A stretch of DNA of 63,338 bases, counting the filler, from Octopus bimaculoides (Eukaryota): the NCBI RefSeq assembly GCF_001194135.2. It is 6 parts of 6 records of this genome, joined end to end, with 100 filler letters (N's around TTAATTAATTAA, not from the genome) between each part and the next. Parts side by side here need not be neighbours in the genome. Positions count along the whole stretch, not along the records: positions 15,439 to 41,595 come from NC_068983.1; positions 41,696 to 47,162 come from NC_069002.1; positions 47,263 to 56,085 come from NC_068981.1; 3 more parts are not named here. The stretch is one strand, 5' to 3'. Under the pieces are notes generated by a model. The model was not told the origin of the DNA, ran no database searches, and saw only the letters and a list, made by a program, of their open reading frames with translations. Made by a program: the position numbers and the translations under genes. Below, in pieces: positions 37,318 to 50,670 of this stretch. Within the stretch, counting starts at the first letter, position 1. Each line of letters begins with the position of its first letter.

Positions 37318-38529
37318 TATTCATATATGTAGCCGTGTTTTTCCGACCTACCGCTTCAGCAAAGGTGTTGGTTTGCTTGTGTCGCTATAACTTTTCGGCT
37401 TGGCAAAAACATCACGGACTCATTCTAGAAGTCACTTTTTCCTGTACTTTATGCGACTAAATATTCAAGATGGTGTTGCAGAATGAACGTAATCGAATGA
37501 CAGAAACGAGCAAAACAGTATAAATAAAAGAACGCAAGTACAGACAAATACATGCTTTGGGCTTAAGGGCAAATCGAAGAGTTGGTCTCCCGATCTGTTA
37601 TTGCTTCGGTTTTTGACAATAACGTCTGTTAATTCTCCTACATGCTTTCCGTTATTAACAATGGTAAACGTAGACTGTAGCACAAAGGTGGGATTATGAA
37701 TACGGCATTGATTTAAAAGTGATAAGTCACGCGTCTGAATCGACAGAACTTATATTTTTGCGTCATGAATATGAATTGTTAGAATGTAATAATTAGTAAT
37801 GTACATATGAGATGAATGCACTTGAAGGTAGTTAACGCATAACATACAGAGAATACATAAATGCTGATATAAACCTATCTATCTGCCTTTCTATCTGCCT
37901 ATGTATCTATCTACCTATGTATGTATGAATGTATGTATGTATGTATGTATCTGTCTATCTATCTATTTTATTTATTCCTATCTATCTATTGATCAATCGA
38001 TCGATCTGTAAGCATACACACATGCATATGTCCCTGTGTGTATGTGTCTATGAATATGATTATCTAAGAGCAATGAATATATGTTTATTATGTTAGACAG
38101 ATATAGTTAAGTTTATTTTGAGTGCAACGTCGAATATAACTACATAAACGCATACCTACATATATACGTTTAATTCCTTTTCCTTTATAGTGAGTTGCCA
38201 GTGAGGCAATGTTGGTCTGTCAGTTTTTATAGAGCAAAAACCCGAAAGTTATTAATATTGATAATAAAAATAAACTTTTATTGATGTCATTAGCAGAGTT
38301 AATTTATTCCGAATTTATAGCTTCATCTGTAGTGTCTCATAAACAATGAACTACAAAAGTGTCTATTGATTTTTAACTCGACTTTGTTGGAACACATGCA
38401 GAGTTAGAAATATACTAATGGTTTTCTCTCCAATAATCGCCACATTTCTTACGAGTTAGTTCTATTTTGTTTTAATAAAACAATAATTGTAGGAAATATT
38501 TTCAACTGAAATACACACACATTCGATGC

Positions 38530-38577
<48 letters not shown>

Positions 38578-39353
38578 NNNNNNNNNNNNNNNNNNNNNNN
38601 NNNNNNNNNNNNNNNNNNNNNNNNNNNNNNNNNNNNNNNNNNNNNNNNNNNNNNNNNNNNNNNNNNNNNNNNNNNNNNNNNNNNNNNNNNNNNNNNNNNN
38701 NNNNNNNNNNNNNNNNNNNNNNNNNNNNNNNNNNNNNNNNNNNNNNNNNNNNNNNNNNNNNNNNNNNNNNNNNNNNNNNNNNNNNNNNNNNNNNNNNNNN
38801 NNNNNNNNNNNNNNNNNNNNNNNNNNNNNNNNNNNNNNNNNNNNNNNNNNNNNNNNNNNNNNNNNNNNNNNNNNNNNNNNNNNNNNNNNNNNNNNNNNNN
38901 NNNNNNNNNNNNNNNNNNNNNNNNNNNNNNNNNNNNNNNNNNNNNNNNNNNNNNNNNNNNNNNNNNNNNNNNNNNNNNNNNNNNNNNNNNNNNNNNNNNN
39001 NNNNNNNNNNNNNNNNNNNNNNNNNNNNNNNNNNNNNNNNNNNNNNNNNNNNNNNNNNNNNNNNNNNNNNNNNNNNNNNNNNNNNNNNNNNNNNNNNNNN
39101 NNNNNNNNNNNNNNNNNNNNNNNNNNNNNNNNNNNNNNNNNNNNNNNNNNNNNNNNNNNNNNNNNNNNNNNNNNNNNNNNNNNNNNNNNNNNNNNNNNNN
39201 NNNNNNNNNNNNNNNNNNNNNNNNNNNNNNNNNNNNNNNNNNNNNNNNNNNNNNNNNNNNNNNNNNNNNNNNNNNNNNNNNNNNNNNNNNNNNNNNNNNN
39301 NNNNNNNNNNNNNNNNNNNNNNNNNNNNNNNNNNNNGTATATATATGTATATG

Positions 39354-39571
39354 AGGTAGCGAGCTGGCAGAAACGTTAGCACGCTGGGTGAAATACTTAT
39401 CGGTATTTCGTTTGTTTTTATACTCTGAGTTCAAATTTCGTCGACGTCGACTTTGCTTTTCATCCATTTGGGTTCAATATGTTAAGTACCAGTTGCTACT
39501 GGCATCGCTCTAATGGACTGGCCGCCTCCTCCCAAATTTCGGGCCTTGTGCCTCAGAGCAGGAAAGAATAT
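39354..39571 (+). mobile_element. SINE family C (Meta-domain-like core)
   Basis: GAGCTGGCAGAAACGTTAGC head, GAGTTCAAAT B-box and GTCGACTTTGCTTTTCATCC core. Confidence 0.85.
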
Positions 39572-39944
39572 CAACCCATACATACTTTTTATGGGTGTAC
39601 GTGCACATGGTGCATAGTCGTCAATAATTGCTGCAAGTAGTGTGATTTTCTTGATTAGATATGTGCGTATATCTTTTTTAATTCTATCATCCTATACCAT
39701 TCCCAGCTGTAGCAATTACCTACAGCCTACCTGTACATAATACCTAAACAGTTACTACTTGTGCAGTGCTATTTCTCTGCCTTCACAAAAATGTTGTAAT
39801 TCTATACGGTATTTTTTCACCAGAGTTAAAGAAAATTGTATCAGATATAGGCCTGTTTGAAGCATATTGAATGCTCTCCGAGAAAACACTATCATTTTGC
39901 AATGAAAATATCCCATGTATTCATACTACAATATCTTATAGTCT

Positions 39945-40168
39945 AAGGCGTGAGCTGGCAGAAACGTTAGTACGCCGGGCGAAATGCTTAGTGGTATTTT
40001 GTCTATCTTTACGTTCTGCGTTAAAATTCTGCCGAGGTCGACTTTGCCTTTCATCCTTTCGGGGGTCGATAAATTAAGTACCATTTGTATACTGGGGTCA
40101 AGCTAATCGACTGGCCCCCTCCCCCACAATTTCAGGCCTTGTGCTAAGAGTAGAAAAGAAAAGAATAT
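39945..40168 (+). mobile_element. SINE family C (Meta-domain-like core)
   Basis: GAGGTCGACTTTGCCTTTCATCCTTTCGGGGGTCGATAAATTAAGTACC core; ends AGTAGAAAAGAA. Confidence 0.88.
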
Positions 40169-40210
40169 CTTATAGTCACTGTATGTACACATATATACAT
40201 GTAATAAATG

Positions 40211-40253
<43 letters not shown>

Positions 40254-40263
40254 NNNNNNNNNN

Positions 40264-40296
<33 letters not shown>

Positions 40297-41820
40297 CACA
40301 CCAGCGAAATTTGAACTCAGAATGTAAAGATGAACAAAACGACCGGCGTGCTAACGATGCTACTAGCATTGGTATGCTGTATGATATTACATTGAGAAAG
40401 GCATGAGTAATATGCTATCAAACTTTCGCTGAGTTTACATCTTTGCCAAATAATTAGTTAGAAAGAGGAGTTAAGGTCACCCTAGCTATTCCGTAGGCCG
40501 GTTTCGAATTCTATGTGGAACTAACCGATTTTAGCGATATCACTAATACTTTTAAGTATGGCATTTTATATTCCTTTATATAAATTTTATGGACTTGAGT
40601 CAAAGTAATAAAATATAAAAATGAATAGATATTCTTTGCTTTCAGACATTTTTATGTATAGTGTTTCAATAAATCCTGTGAAAATTATATAAACCTCCAC
40701 ATTAGTAGAAACTTATACTCTTAAATGCTTTATGGTTTAAAAAAAAAAGCCAAGAATATTGTCAGTGCATCGGGAAAATATAATAACCTTATGAACCGAT
40801 TCTATGTTTGTATTTTAATATCATGAACACGCATCAATATTAATTCAAATACACACCACATACACAGAGGCATGCTCACATTCATACATTCGCACACGTG
40901 CACCGGAAGCATACGTATATATTTACATACATAGTTCAAAACTATAAAAATACAAAGGACTGAGATAGGTGATGGAACAACAAAGTATATTATTTGGACT
41001 CTAAAGAAAAATAGGAGCATCTTTGAGGTTTCGAGCCTACACTCTTCTACGGAAAGGAACGAGAAAAGTGGGTGCTGATGTATGTATGCATGTGTGTGTG
41101 GTAGTAGGAAAGAGTGTGTGTGTGCGTGCAAGTGCGTGTGCGTGTCTGTAGGTGCACGTATATGTTTTTGTGGCGTAATGGTGTATCTGGCGTGGGTACT
41201 GATTATAAGATTGCAGAGGAGGTGTATGGGTGGTACTAGAGGAGGGGCAGTGGGAAACGTGGTCATGAGCGTAAATGTGAGTGTGGCGATGGATTTCGAT
41301 GAAAAGAGATGACGAATTGAGTCCATGGGGAACTGAGGTATGAAGAGAGAAAATAATATGCTCAGGACGAAGACGGGTGTCCGGTTAGCTGCATAAGTGA
41401 CACGTCAGATGTGACTCCGCTTACTTGAGTCAGACGAAACGCCTATACAGCTAAGAGATTTATAGGTGCGAAGCAATGGTCAGTCTCTGACCGGCCATAA
41501 CAAACATCCTTCTAAATATACAGCTGCTCTAATGTTTTAGATTGTGCTTCTTTTCGAGTATATGACTATCGACCTATATATATATATGTATATATNNNNN
41601 NNNNNNNNNNNNNNNNNNNNNNNNNNNNNNNNNNNNNNNTTAATTAATTAANNNNNNNNNNNNNNNNNNNNNNNNNNNNNNNNNNNNNNNNNNNNTATAT
41701 ATATATATATATATATGTTTGTGTGCACACATGCATATATTTGTATGTGTGTGTATATATATGTGTGTATGTGTGTGCACGTGTGTGTGTGTGTGTTTGT
41801 GTGGATAGAGAGGTTATAAA

Positions 41821-42238
41821 TTGTTTTGTCACCCCCTGTGGTATTTAAAAGTCTGATTGCTAACATTAGTAACAGAGTTTCTAACCTCTCTTCTTCTACA
41901 GAAATTTTCGAGAAGGTGGCCCCTTACTATAACAATGCCCTAGCCAATGGTGGCTTTAAGGGTACATTAATATATCACCCCTCTGTAAGCAGCGAGCTGG
42001 CAGAATCGTTAGCATGCTGGGCGCTAAATGCTTAAGGGTAGTTCGTCTGTTTTTAGGTTCTGAGTTCAAATTCCACCGAGGTCGACTTTGCATTTAATTC
42101 TCTTGGGGTCGATAAATTTAGTACCAGTTGCGTACTGGGTCGATCTAATCGACTGGTCACCTCCCAAAAATTTCGGGGCCATGTGCCTAGAGTAGAAAAG
42201 AATATACAGCCCCTCTGATATTAACAGGAATAATAATC

Positions 42239-42286
<48 letters not shown>

Positions 42287-42920
42287 GACCTAAAAATAGA
42301 TCAAGGAAAATAATTTGCATCCCCACCTTTCCCTTAATGTAAAAACTAACATAGGTAAAAGATTCCTGTCTTTCCTAGACATTTTCCAGAAAATCACAGG
42401 TGCAGGAAAACATTTAACAAGCGCTCAGTGAAATTATCATATAGCTGCTGCTCTAATATTTAAAAAAATCATTACACGAGAACACCACCAAGAGCCCATT
42501 ACCAGTTATAACTGTAAAGGCCCAGGAATGTATTCTTAAATACGTCATATATTAGGCAGAAGTTACAGCAGCGCTAGATGATAACACAACCGATAAGAAG
42601 AGCTATATCGGAATACATGAAGGTGAATTCAATCATAGTTGCGCTAATCACATATCACCATTCCGACACAGGGACAAAAGTAAAGCTACTAAGTTGGCTA
42701 TCCACGTATAGGGTTTGAAGTGGAACGCCACACCACATACGATAAAGTGAAAAATAGTCGAAAAATCCACACCATACGTTAATGGATCTAAAAAATTTAA
42801 ACTATGCGTAACTGAAAGAATTAAGATGTTTTTTAGATCTAAGACCTTTAACACACTGCTGAATTCTAGATCCGAAATTTTCAGCAATTGTTAGCATATG
42901 GCTAAGTTCCTCTTGACGAA
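41821..42920 (+). mobile_element. Penelope-like element 3' part (post-RT linker plus GIY-YIG endonuclease), interrupted by a SINE and (TAA)n
   Basis: PPVVFKSLIANISNRVSNLSSSTEIFEKVAPYYNNAL (41826-41986); NRSRKII...NVKTNIGKRFL (42290 onward); YVIY..EV...KSYIG...ATKLAIHV...LLNSRSEIFSNC. Confidence 0.82.
41987..42205 (+). mobile_element. SINE family C inserted into the Penelope-like element
   Basis: Full family C consensus flanked by an imperfect direct repeat, TATATCACCCCTCTG and TATACAGCCCCTCTG. Confidence 0.88.
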
Positions 42921-43619
42921 TTGGAAAGTGCCACCCACTCCGAACTGAACAGCTGTACCACAGACTCTAAGCCACTATCTTTTCAGCCTATATTTTACAG
43001 TCGAAGGGGTAATAACTTTAATTCCACACGATTTTGCTTCTTTCTGTTGTTTTCTTTTTCGTTTTCCGATTTTTCAACATTCCACCTTTTCTACTTACTC
43101 CTTTTTCACCTTTTCTCGCTTTTCCTCTCATCCTATCGTCCCATTTTTAGTTTGTTATGCCATGTGAGCAGTGACTAAAGATTGTGCTAGGACACCAGAC
43201 GTGTTAAAAACTACTGTCTGGCATGTTCTCATCACAGGGAACTAATAGTAGCACATAAAAACCTATATTATGTTTATTAAATTATATATATATATATATA
43301 TATAAACAGTTGAAATATGTCACAAACATTTTAAGTAACTTAAACTTTGCTTACGTATATATCTATCTGTATGTATGTATGTATGTATTTATCTATCTAT
43401 CTATCTATATACGTGTGTGTGTGTATACATATCTATATGTCTATATATATATGTGTGTGTGTTTCTGTCTGTGTGTGTCTGTCTGTGTGTGTATTTGTAT
43501 ACATATATGTATGTATATATGTATGCTTAATTGCATATGTAAATATAATACAATAAAACGTAGTGTGTTTATACGTGTGTAGGCGTGTGTGTGTGTGTGT
43601 GTGAGTGTGTGTGTGCGTA

Positions 43620-43697
<78 letters not shown>

Positions 43698-43989
43698 TGC
43701 AATATAGAAATATAAATACATTGCGAAAAAGGAATGAATTAAAATGGTAAGTGAAGTGTGATGTTGTCAAACTGTGACTGACAACCAGAAACCGATCTAA
43801 CGACCTTTAGTCTATTGCCAGAAGCATTTATAAATGCACAAACATTGATTTCTAACCTAAACACAAGATACGAAACATTTAGATGCCGTATTAGGTGCAG
43901 AAAATTGATTACATCGTTTTTGACGCCGTGGGGGTCTTGTTTCGTTGGCTCGAAACTATGAAAAAATAAGTGATAACGGTAAAGTACAC

Positions 43990-44460
43990 AACGGCTGGAT
44001 TCTACAACCTAAGGAGAGTAATCTACTGGGAATTATATAGAAAGCTAGGACTTGACTGTACTGATAAGTGGTATGAACATGAAGCTAGTGAAGTAGTAGA
44101 AAATTAGAAATATAAGATGTGAAGCTAGAAAGCCTGATTTGGTAGTTTAGACAGAGAGAATAGAAAGTGCCAGATAATTGACTTTACAGTCCCAAATGAT
44201 GAGAAAATCAATTTGAGCGGTATAGAGAAAACTGTAAGGTACCAGAACCTAGTCATTGAGTTACAAAGGCTATGGAAAGTTCGGGTAAGATGTATCCCAG
44301 TAGTCATAGGTGCATTAGGAACTATTCTCGAAGATTTGAAGAGATGTATAGAAGAAATGGGCGTAAAACCTAGTTTAGTACAGCTCCAAAAGCCGCATCA
44401 TTAGGGACAGCTAGAATACTTAGAAGGGTTCTTGACATTTAAGCTAACTTGTTGTAGTTC
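43990..44460 (+). mobile_element. R4/Dong-like LINE 3' end, family 2
   Basis: RVIYWELYRKLGL...KWYEHE, RKPDLVV...KCQIIDFTVPND...YQNLVIELQRLWKVRVRCIPVVIGALGT...LGTARILRRVLDI*. Confidence 0.88.
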
Positions 44461-44511
44461 GATTTTAAGAATTATTCTTTTCCCACAAGCTAATCTGTTG
44501 TGGGTATGTGA

Positions 44512-44545
<34 letters not shown>

Positions 44546-44614
44546 GTCGATAGATATGACAGGTTAGCTTGGGAAGTTAAGTGGTCGATGAAAAAACGGT
44601 TGTAGTAATAATAA

Positions 44615-44835
44615 TAATTGTCGAAGCCCTGAGAACAGTGAGTAAGACTCTTGAGAAGTACATGGAACAAATAGGGCCTGTAATAAGGGCGGAGCACTTG
44701 AAGAAAACAGCGCTGCTTGGAGCCGCCCGAATACTCCGGATGGGGCTTGAAAAATAAGGGGCGTTACCTTAGTTCACTACTAGTGAACAGTTGGCACCGT
44801 AGTACATCTCCAGCGTTAGAAACTGTGCAATGGAA
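44615..44835 (+). mobile_element. R4/Dong-like LINE 3' end, family 3
   Basis: IVEALRTVSKTLEKYMEQIG...HLKKTALLGAARILRMGLEK* plus UTR, between TAA and TAAA arrays. Confidence 0.8.
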
Positions 44836-44836
44836 A

Positions 44837-44943
<107 letters not shown>

Positions 44944-44947
44944 TAAT

Positions 44948-45113
44948 TAACATACAGAAAATTGCACTACTGGGTACTGCACACATTCTACGCAAAACAC
45001 TTTCAATACAGTAAACATAAGAGCACCACAGCAAACCACAGCACATACCCAAGGCGCACAGAGCTGCGCTCAGTAGTGAAGTGAAAGCACGTTATAAAAA
45101 TAAAACTACTGAA
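44948..45113 (+). mobile_element. R4/Dong-like LINE 3' end, family 1 (second copy)
   Basis: Nearly identical to about 14731-14896; (TAA)n on both sides. Confidence 0.92.
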
Positions 45114-45114
45114 C

Positions 45115-45149
<35 letters not shown>

Positions 45150-45154
<5 letters not shown>

Positions 45155-45290
45155 GCCTTCTTAACCTTCCACCCTGAGAGTGACACCGACAGACTGTACT
45201 TTTCCAGAAGAAAAGGTAGAAGAGATTTGATCAGTTACCAGGATTGTGTCGAAACAGGAAAACAGCTTAGAGTGGTATGTAAAAAATATC
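45150..45290 (+). mobile_element. R4/Dong-like LINE internal fragment
   Basis: HPESDTDRLYFSRRKGRRDLISYQDCVE resembles HPKSDVDRLYLPRKEGGRGLISVEDCV at the RT C-terminus. Confidence 0.65.
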
Positions 45291-46750
45291 GTCTAAAGGC
45301 AAAATACAACAGTGATTAGCATATCCACGTTCAAATCTTTCAGAAAATATTGGTAACGAATATACTCTTTTTTATTTTGATTCTCACCATTTTACGTGCA
45401 CATAATCATATATTTTCAATAACATTTTTATATAACATATTCAATAAGATTTTCTACATAACACTTTTAATATATTTTACATAACGCATCTCAATAAGTT
45501 TGCAATATAAAATTTCCAATCAGACATTTTATATATTTTCAATAATATATTTTATATAATATTTTCCCTCTTTCCTATATAATATATTCTGATATAATAT
45601 ATAATATATAATATATAACCTGACCATTTCTGTGTAATATCCTGCCTCCCTGTGTTAATAACAGTTTACTTCCTCGAGATGTCGAATTACGCTATTTCTT
45701 TAGCGATAAATTACGAATATCTACTTATTTCTCAAAGCAATACTTATTTTTGCATCGACAATTTCTCCTTTTTTATATATTTTTATCTCCAAAGACAAAC
45801 TATTCTTAATAATAATGTGATAAATCTCGACCGGTAATGGCTTCCGATTATAAAAATCCGGTGTTTTTAGCTTCTGATTTCAAATCCCACAGAGGTCTAC
45901 TTTACTTTTATCACGACAGGATAGAATAGGATAAGGTAGGTTAAAGACCCTTTCCGAATCATACAGACTCAAAGAGCCGGTTTCCCAGTTTTTGTGGCGT
46001 AAATATTTTCCCCTTGGACGGAAATCCATTCAGTTGGCAAAAAGAAGTTGTACCTCTAATTCAAAGGGACAGGCTTGTTACATCCTGTGTTAAGCTGAAT
46101 CGCCCTGAGAAGTATGTTAAGAGTACACGTGTCTGTGGAGTGCTCAACCACTTGAACGTTAATTTCCTGGGCAGGCTGTTCCGTTGATCAGATCAGCTAG
46201 AACATTCGTCGTCGCAACCGACGGAATGCCAGTATTATATCTTGTGTTGAGGCGTTCATTTAATTGACTCATACTGACGTCTTCTAAACGCAGTATGGCT
46301 GAATGGTTAAGAAGTTAACGCTGCAATTACGTGGCCGTAGGATCGAATTGCTGCGTGGTATCTTGAGCAAGTGTCATTTATTATAATTTCGGGTCGACCC
46401 ACCTCTTGTGAGAGACATTAGGATGACAAAAACTGCAGGGAAGCTCATGAAATGGATTGGGCCTATAACTGAAAAGATACAGCCATGTCACACGCTGGGC
46501 CGCGCTGATTCGGCCAGAGAGTACATGTGACTGTAGAATACTCAGCCACTTACGCGTTAATTCGGGAGCAGGTAATTCACTTGCTCGAACAACAGAATCT
46601 TCATCGTCGAACTACGACGGAAATCCACCAGCATATTAACATTAATTATTAATGTTGTATTGCAGTTAATTGTTTATACACGCACAAATTACTCTCCAAA
46701 CACAAGTTATTGTTCTTCTTCTTCTTCTTCTTGTTTCCACATAGCAACTT

Positions 46751-46990
46751 AGGCGTGGTTTAGTGATTCGGGTATTGCACTGCTGATCGTAATATATTTC
46801 AATTCCCGGACCGGACGGAGCATTGTGTTCTTGAGCAAAACACTTCATTTAGCATTGTTTCGATGCATTCTGCTGTAAATGAGTTCCAGAAATAGATAGG
46901 AAGTTAACACTGCGACGGACTGGCGTCACGTTCAGGTGGAAGTGAGAGTTGTAATTTCTGTCACTCATACGTCATGGAAACCAGGTAAAA
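46751..46990 (+). mobile_element. SINE family A, diverged
   Basis: GGCGTGGTTTAGTG head and GCATTGTGTTCTTGAGCAAAACACTTCATTT core shared with 2027-2333. Confidence 0.75.
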
Positions 46991-47262
46991 ATATATACAG
47001 GAAGTAAGAGTGAGAGAAAGTTGTGGTCGAAGAGTACAGCAGAGTTCGCCACCAACCCCTGCCGGAGCCTCGTGGAGCTTTAGGTGTTTTCGCTCAATAA
47101 ACACTCACAACGCCCTAACCACTGGGCCATTGTGCCTCCACACACACACACACACACACACANNNNNNNNNNNNNNNNNNNNNNNNNNNNNNNNNNNNNN
47201 NNNNNNTTAATTAATTAANNNNNNNNNNNNNNNNNNNNNNNNNNNNNNNNNNNNNNNNNNNN

Positions 47263-47307
<45 letters not shown>

Positions 47308-47765
47308 ATATATATATGTATATATATATGAATATATGTGTGTGTATGTATATATGTATGTTTATATATATTTACATATACGTATATACATATGTATGTA
47401 TGCAGGTATGTATAGACAGAGTGAAGGAGAGGGTGAAAGAGTGAGAGAGAGTAAGAGCGTTTGTGTGCATATGTAATACATATATATATGTGTACATTAT
47501 TATATTATATTACCATATAATTAATTTTCTATCACACAAAATTTTGCACTTTCTCATTCCTTATTTCGTTGCTTCTTATTTATTTTTATTCTTTCGTCCT
47601 TTTTTTCGCTTTTAAGAACATTCGTTATTTTACATAAGTGAGTAAAGTTTATTTTATATCAGTAATTTAACTTAAAATAATATTGATACTTCAGTATGCA
47701 CATACATTTCCAAATGCAATTGTGTCATTGAATTTATACCTATGCTAGAAAGTATTTATAATGCT

Positions 47766-47875
47766 CACACATCCACACATGCACACACATCCACACATGC
47801 ACACACATCCACACATGCACACACATCCACACATGCACACACATCCACACATGCACACACATCCACACATGCACA
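47766..47875. repeat. 18-bp minisatellite (CACACATCCACACATGCA), about 6 copies
   Basis: Exact tandem units visible directly. Confidence 0.92.
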
Positions 47876-48515
47876 TACATATGGAAATATATATCCATAA
47901 ATACATGTGTACACACACACACGCACAAACACACGCACATATGTATATATATGTATATATATATATATAAGATACAAATATGTTATCATTATCTATAAAA
48001 ATAATAAGTGATAAATTGGCCAGCAAACACAATCCAAATATACAAAATATATAATAAAATGACAGGGTACAAAATGCACCTGTTTGCTTGAAAGAGGAGT
48101 TAAATCTCTCTAAAACCACGCATCTCTCACTATATATAAACATTCTCAGAGACTGTAGCAAATAGTTTCCTCCGAAACAGTCCTCTCACTTGGAAAATGC
48201 AAATAATAAAATAAAAATAGGAGCATAGACATCCTAGTATCAATTGATTTTGCTTTCTATATCGAACCAACACTTAAAACTCATTAGCTAAGCTTACTAC
48301 GTAAACTATTTCAAAAAACATATTTATCTTTCTGTACGTTGTTCAGCTGAAGGCCCTGCAACTTCCAAACGAATATTAATAAGCAAGTATAAATTTGAAG
48401 GGTTTTAACTCCTATTTCAAGCAAACAGGTGCATTTTGTACACTGATTTTTTTATTATATATTTTGCATATTTGGATTATATTTACTGACCAATTCATCA
48501 TTATTTTTATAGATA

Positions 48516-49686
48516 ACTAGCAGAGGCACCCTGCGTTGCTCGGGAATGAAATTGTTGCTTATATACTTGAAGAAAAAAAGACAAAATATGCTGTATAGAA
48601 ATTTGAGGACATTCTGTAGATGGACTCTCAGATGAATGATGGCTGGGCGCCTCTCATGAATGGGGAAAATTGAAGATGTGCCAAAAAGCCTCATTGGTAC
48701 TTGGAAACTTTTACGAAAATTAAAATGGGGATCGTTGCCAGTGCCCCTGGACTGGCTCTTGTGCGGGTGGCACATAAAATACACCATTTCGAGCGTGGCC
48801 GTTGCCAGTACCGCCTGACTGGCCTTCGTGCGGGTGACATGTAANNNNNNNNNNNNNNNNNNNNNNNNNNNNNNNNNNNNNNNNNNNNNNNNNNNNNNNN
48901 NNNNNNNNNNNNNNNNNNNNNNNNNNNNNNNNNNNNNNNNNNNNNNNNNNNNNNNNNNNNNNNNNNNNNNNNNNNNNNNNNNNNNNNNNNNNNNNNNNNN
49001 NNNNNNNNNNNNNNNNNNNNNNNNNNNNNNNNNNNNNNNNNNNNNNNNNNNNNNNNNNNNNNNNNNNNNNNNNNNNNNNNNNNNNNNNNNNNNNNNNNNN
49101 NNNNNNNNNNNNNNNNNNNNNNNNNNNNNNNNNNNNNNNNNNNNNNNNNNNNNNNNNNNNNNNNNNNNNNNNNNNNNNNNNNNNNNNNNNNNNNNNNNNN
49201 NNNNNNNNNNNNNNNNNNNNNNNNNNNNNNNNNNNNNNNNNNNNNNNNNNNNNNNNNNNNNNNNNNNNNNNNNNNNNNNNNNNNNNNNNNNNNNNNNNNN
49301 NNNNNNNNNNNNNNNNNNNNNNNNNNNNNNNNNNNNNNNNNNNNNNNNNNNNNNNNNNNNNNNNNNNNNNNNNNNNNNNNNNNNNNNTTACTCTCTCTCT
49401 CTCTCTCATACACACGAACACACACACGAACACACAAAATAGAAAGTGAAGCTTTTTGCGGTTGTTACGTCAATACCGGAAGTTGACATTGAGGAACCTT
49501 TTTAAAGAAGTGAATCTTAAATATAAAGCAATATTATTTATTTTTAATTAAAAAAATCAAATGAAGAGCCTAAGATTTATCCGAGGTCAAATTATTCATG
49601 CATTACAAGTATGGAAGCATTTGGTGAAGTCGATTTCACGTGAAAAGCGATTACACACACATCTCTGTTTTATATATAGTATAGAT
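48516..49686 (+). mobile_element. Nonautonomous Helitron/Helentron-like (HINE-type) element containing a gap and an inserted repeat
   Basis: 5' ACTAGCAGAGGCACCCTGCGTTGCTCGGG and 3' ...CACACATCTCTGTTTTATATATAGTATAGAT resemble recalled DINE/HINE termini. Continuity across the gap is assumed. Confidence 0.5.
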
Positions 49687-50011
49687 GATAACTTATTTGT
49701 ATTCTAAATTTATACTTGCTCAGTAATGTTCTTTTGGAAGTCGCGGGGCTGTCAGCTGGAGCTTTAAGTGTTGGTTCGATACAGAAAGCGAAATCAATTG
49801 ATACTAGGATGTCTATGCTACTATTTGTATTTTACTATTTCTATTTTGCAAGTGGTAGAACTGTTTCGGAGAAATATATTTGCTATATTCTCCGTGCCCA
49901 TTTATATATAGTGAGAGATCGGTGATTTTGGAGGGTTTTAACTCCTCTTTCAAGCAAACAGGTGCATTTCGTATCCTGACTTTTTAATATATATATACAC
50001 ACACACAATAT

Positions 50012-50150
50012 ATTTGTCAACTAAATGTGGCGGTCTCATAGAGGACGATGTTAAAGTCGTTTTTAGCCTCAGGAGGACATCTCTCCCAGCTGTCTAACGA
50101 CACACTGTCTGTGTCCGTTAGCCAGCTGGAGGAGATGTCTTCTTTATACT
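50012..50150. mobile_element. Diverged partial copy of the 33881-34131 MITE
   Basis: ATATTTGTCAACTAAATGTGGCGG...TTTTAGCCTCAGGAGGACATCTCTCCCAGCTG aligns to the left TIR and adjacent interior. Confidence 0.7.
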
Positions 50151-50614
50151 TCCGACATACGTTTCAAAGAAGACATTGATATTATTCCGGAGGGAATAAA
50201 ATGATGTAAAACAATGCAATCATCTCGTCAGGGACAAAAAGAAAAGAGAAACAAAACTCATCAATAAGCCATTTTAACCGAATGTGATTACCATGTATAT
50301 GCTCTGAAGAATGTCCCACCTGTATTAATTTATACTCAATAATACTATCTCTAGTTGTATTTGCTGCACCAAATCGAAGTCAACACCCATCTATTTTCTT
50401 TTATTTTTTGTTGAACAGTATTACGTGCTTCCTTGTCTTTAATTTTCCGTTTCATTCGGATGTAGCTGTACTCCGTGGTCCAAAATATATACGAATGTAA
50501 GACCCAGGGATCGAGGCGAAGGAAGAAAGTTAATTTCAAGTAATCTGTATTAAATATGCAATTTACAAGACTCTATGCTTGGAATGACCAATTATAAGCA
50601 CCAATGGAACTCAC

Positions 50615-50670
50615 ACAGAAGGTACAGGACAGGAAACTTATATATACACCATTCTGCTTAAATAATGGAA
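50615..50670 (-). CDS. Candidate 56-nt exon (VPLFKQNGVYISFLSCTFC, phase 1 to 0)
   Basis: gtattgtatctgcag| acceptor and |gtgagt donor; one open frame. Confidence 0.22.

Noticed and set aside
47766-47875. Regularly spaced repeats considered as a CRISPR-like array
   Set aside because: The units are contiguous with no unique spacers, the context is eukaryotic and there are no cas genes.
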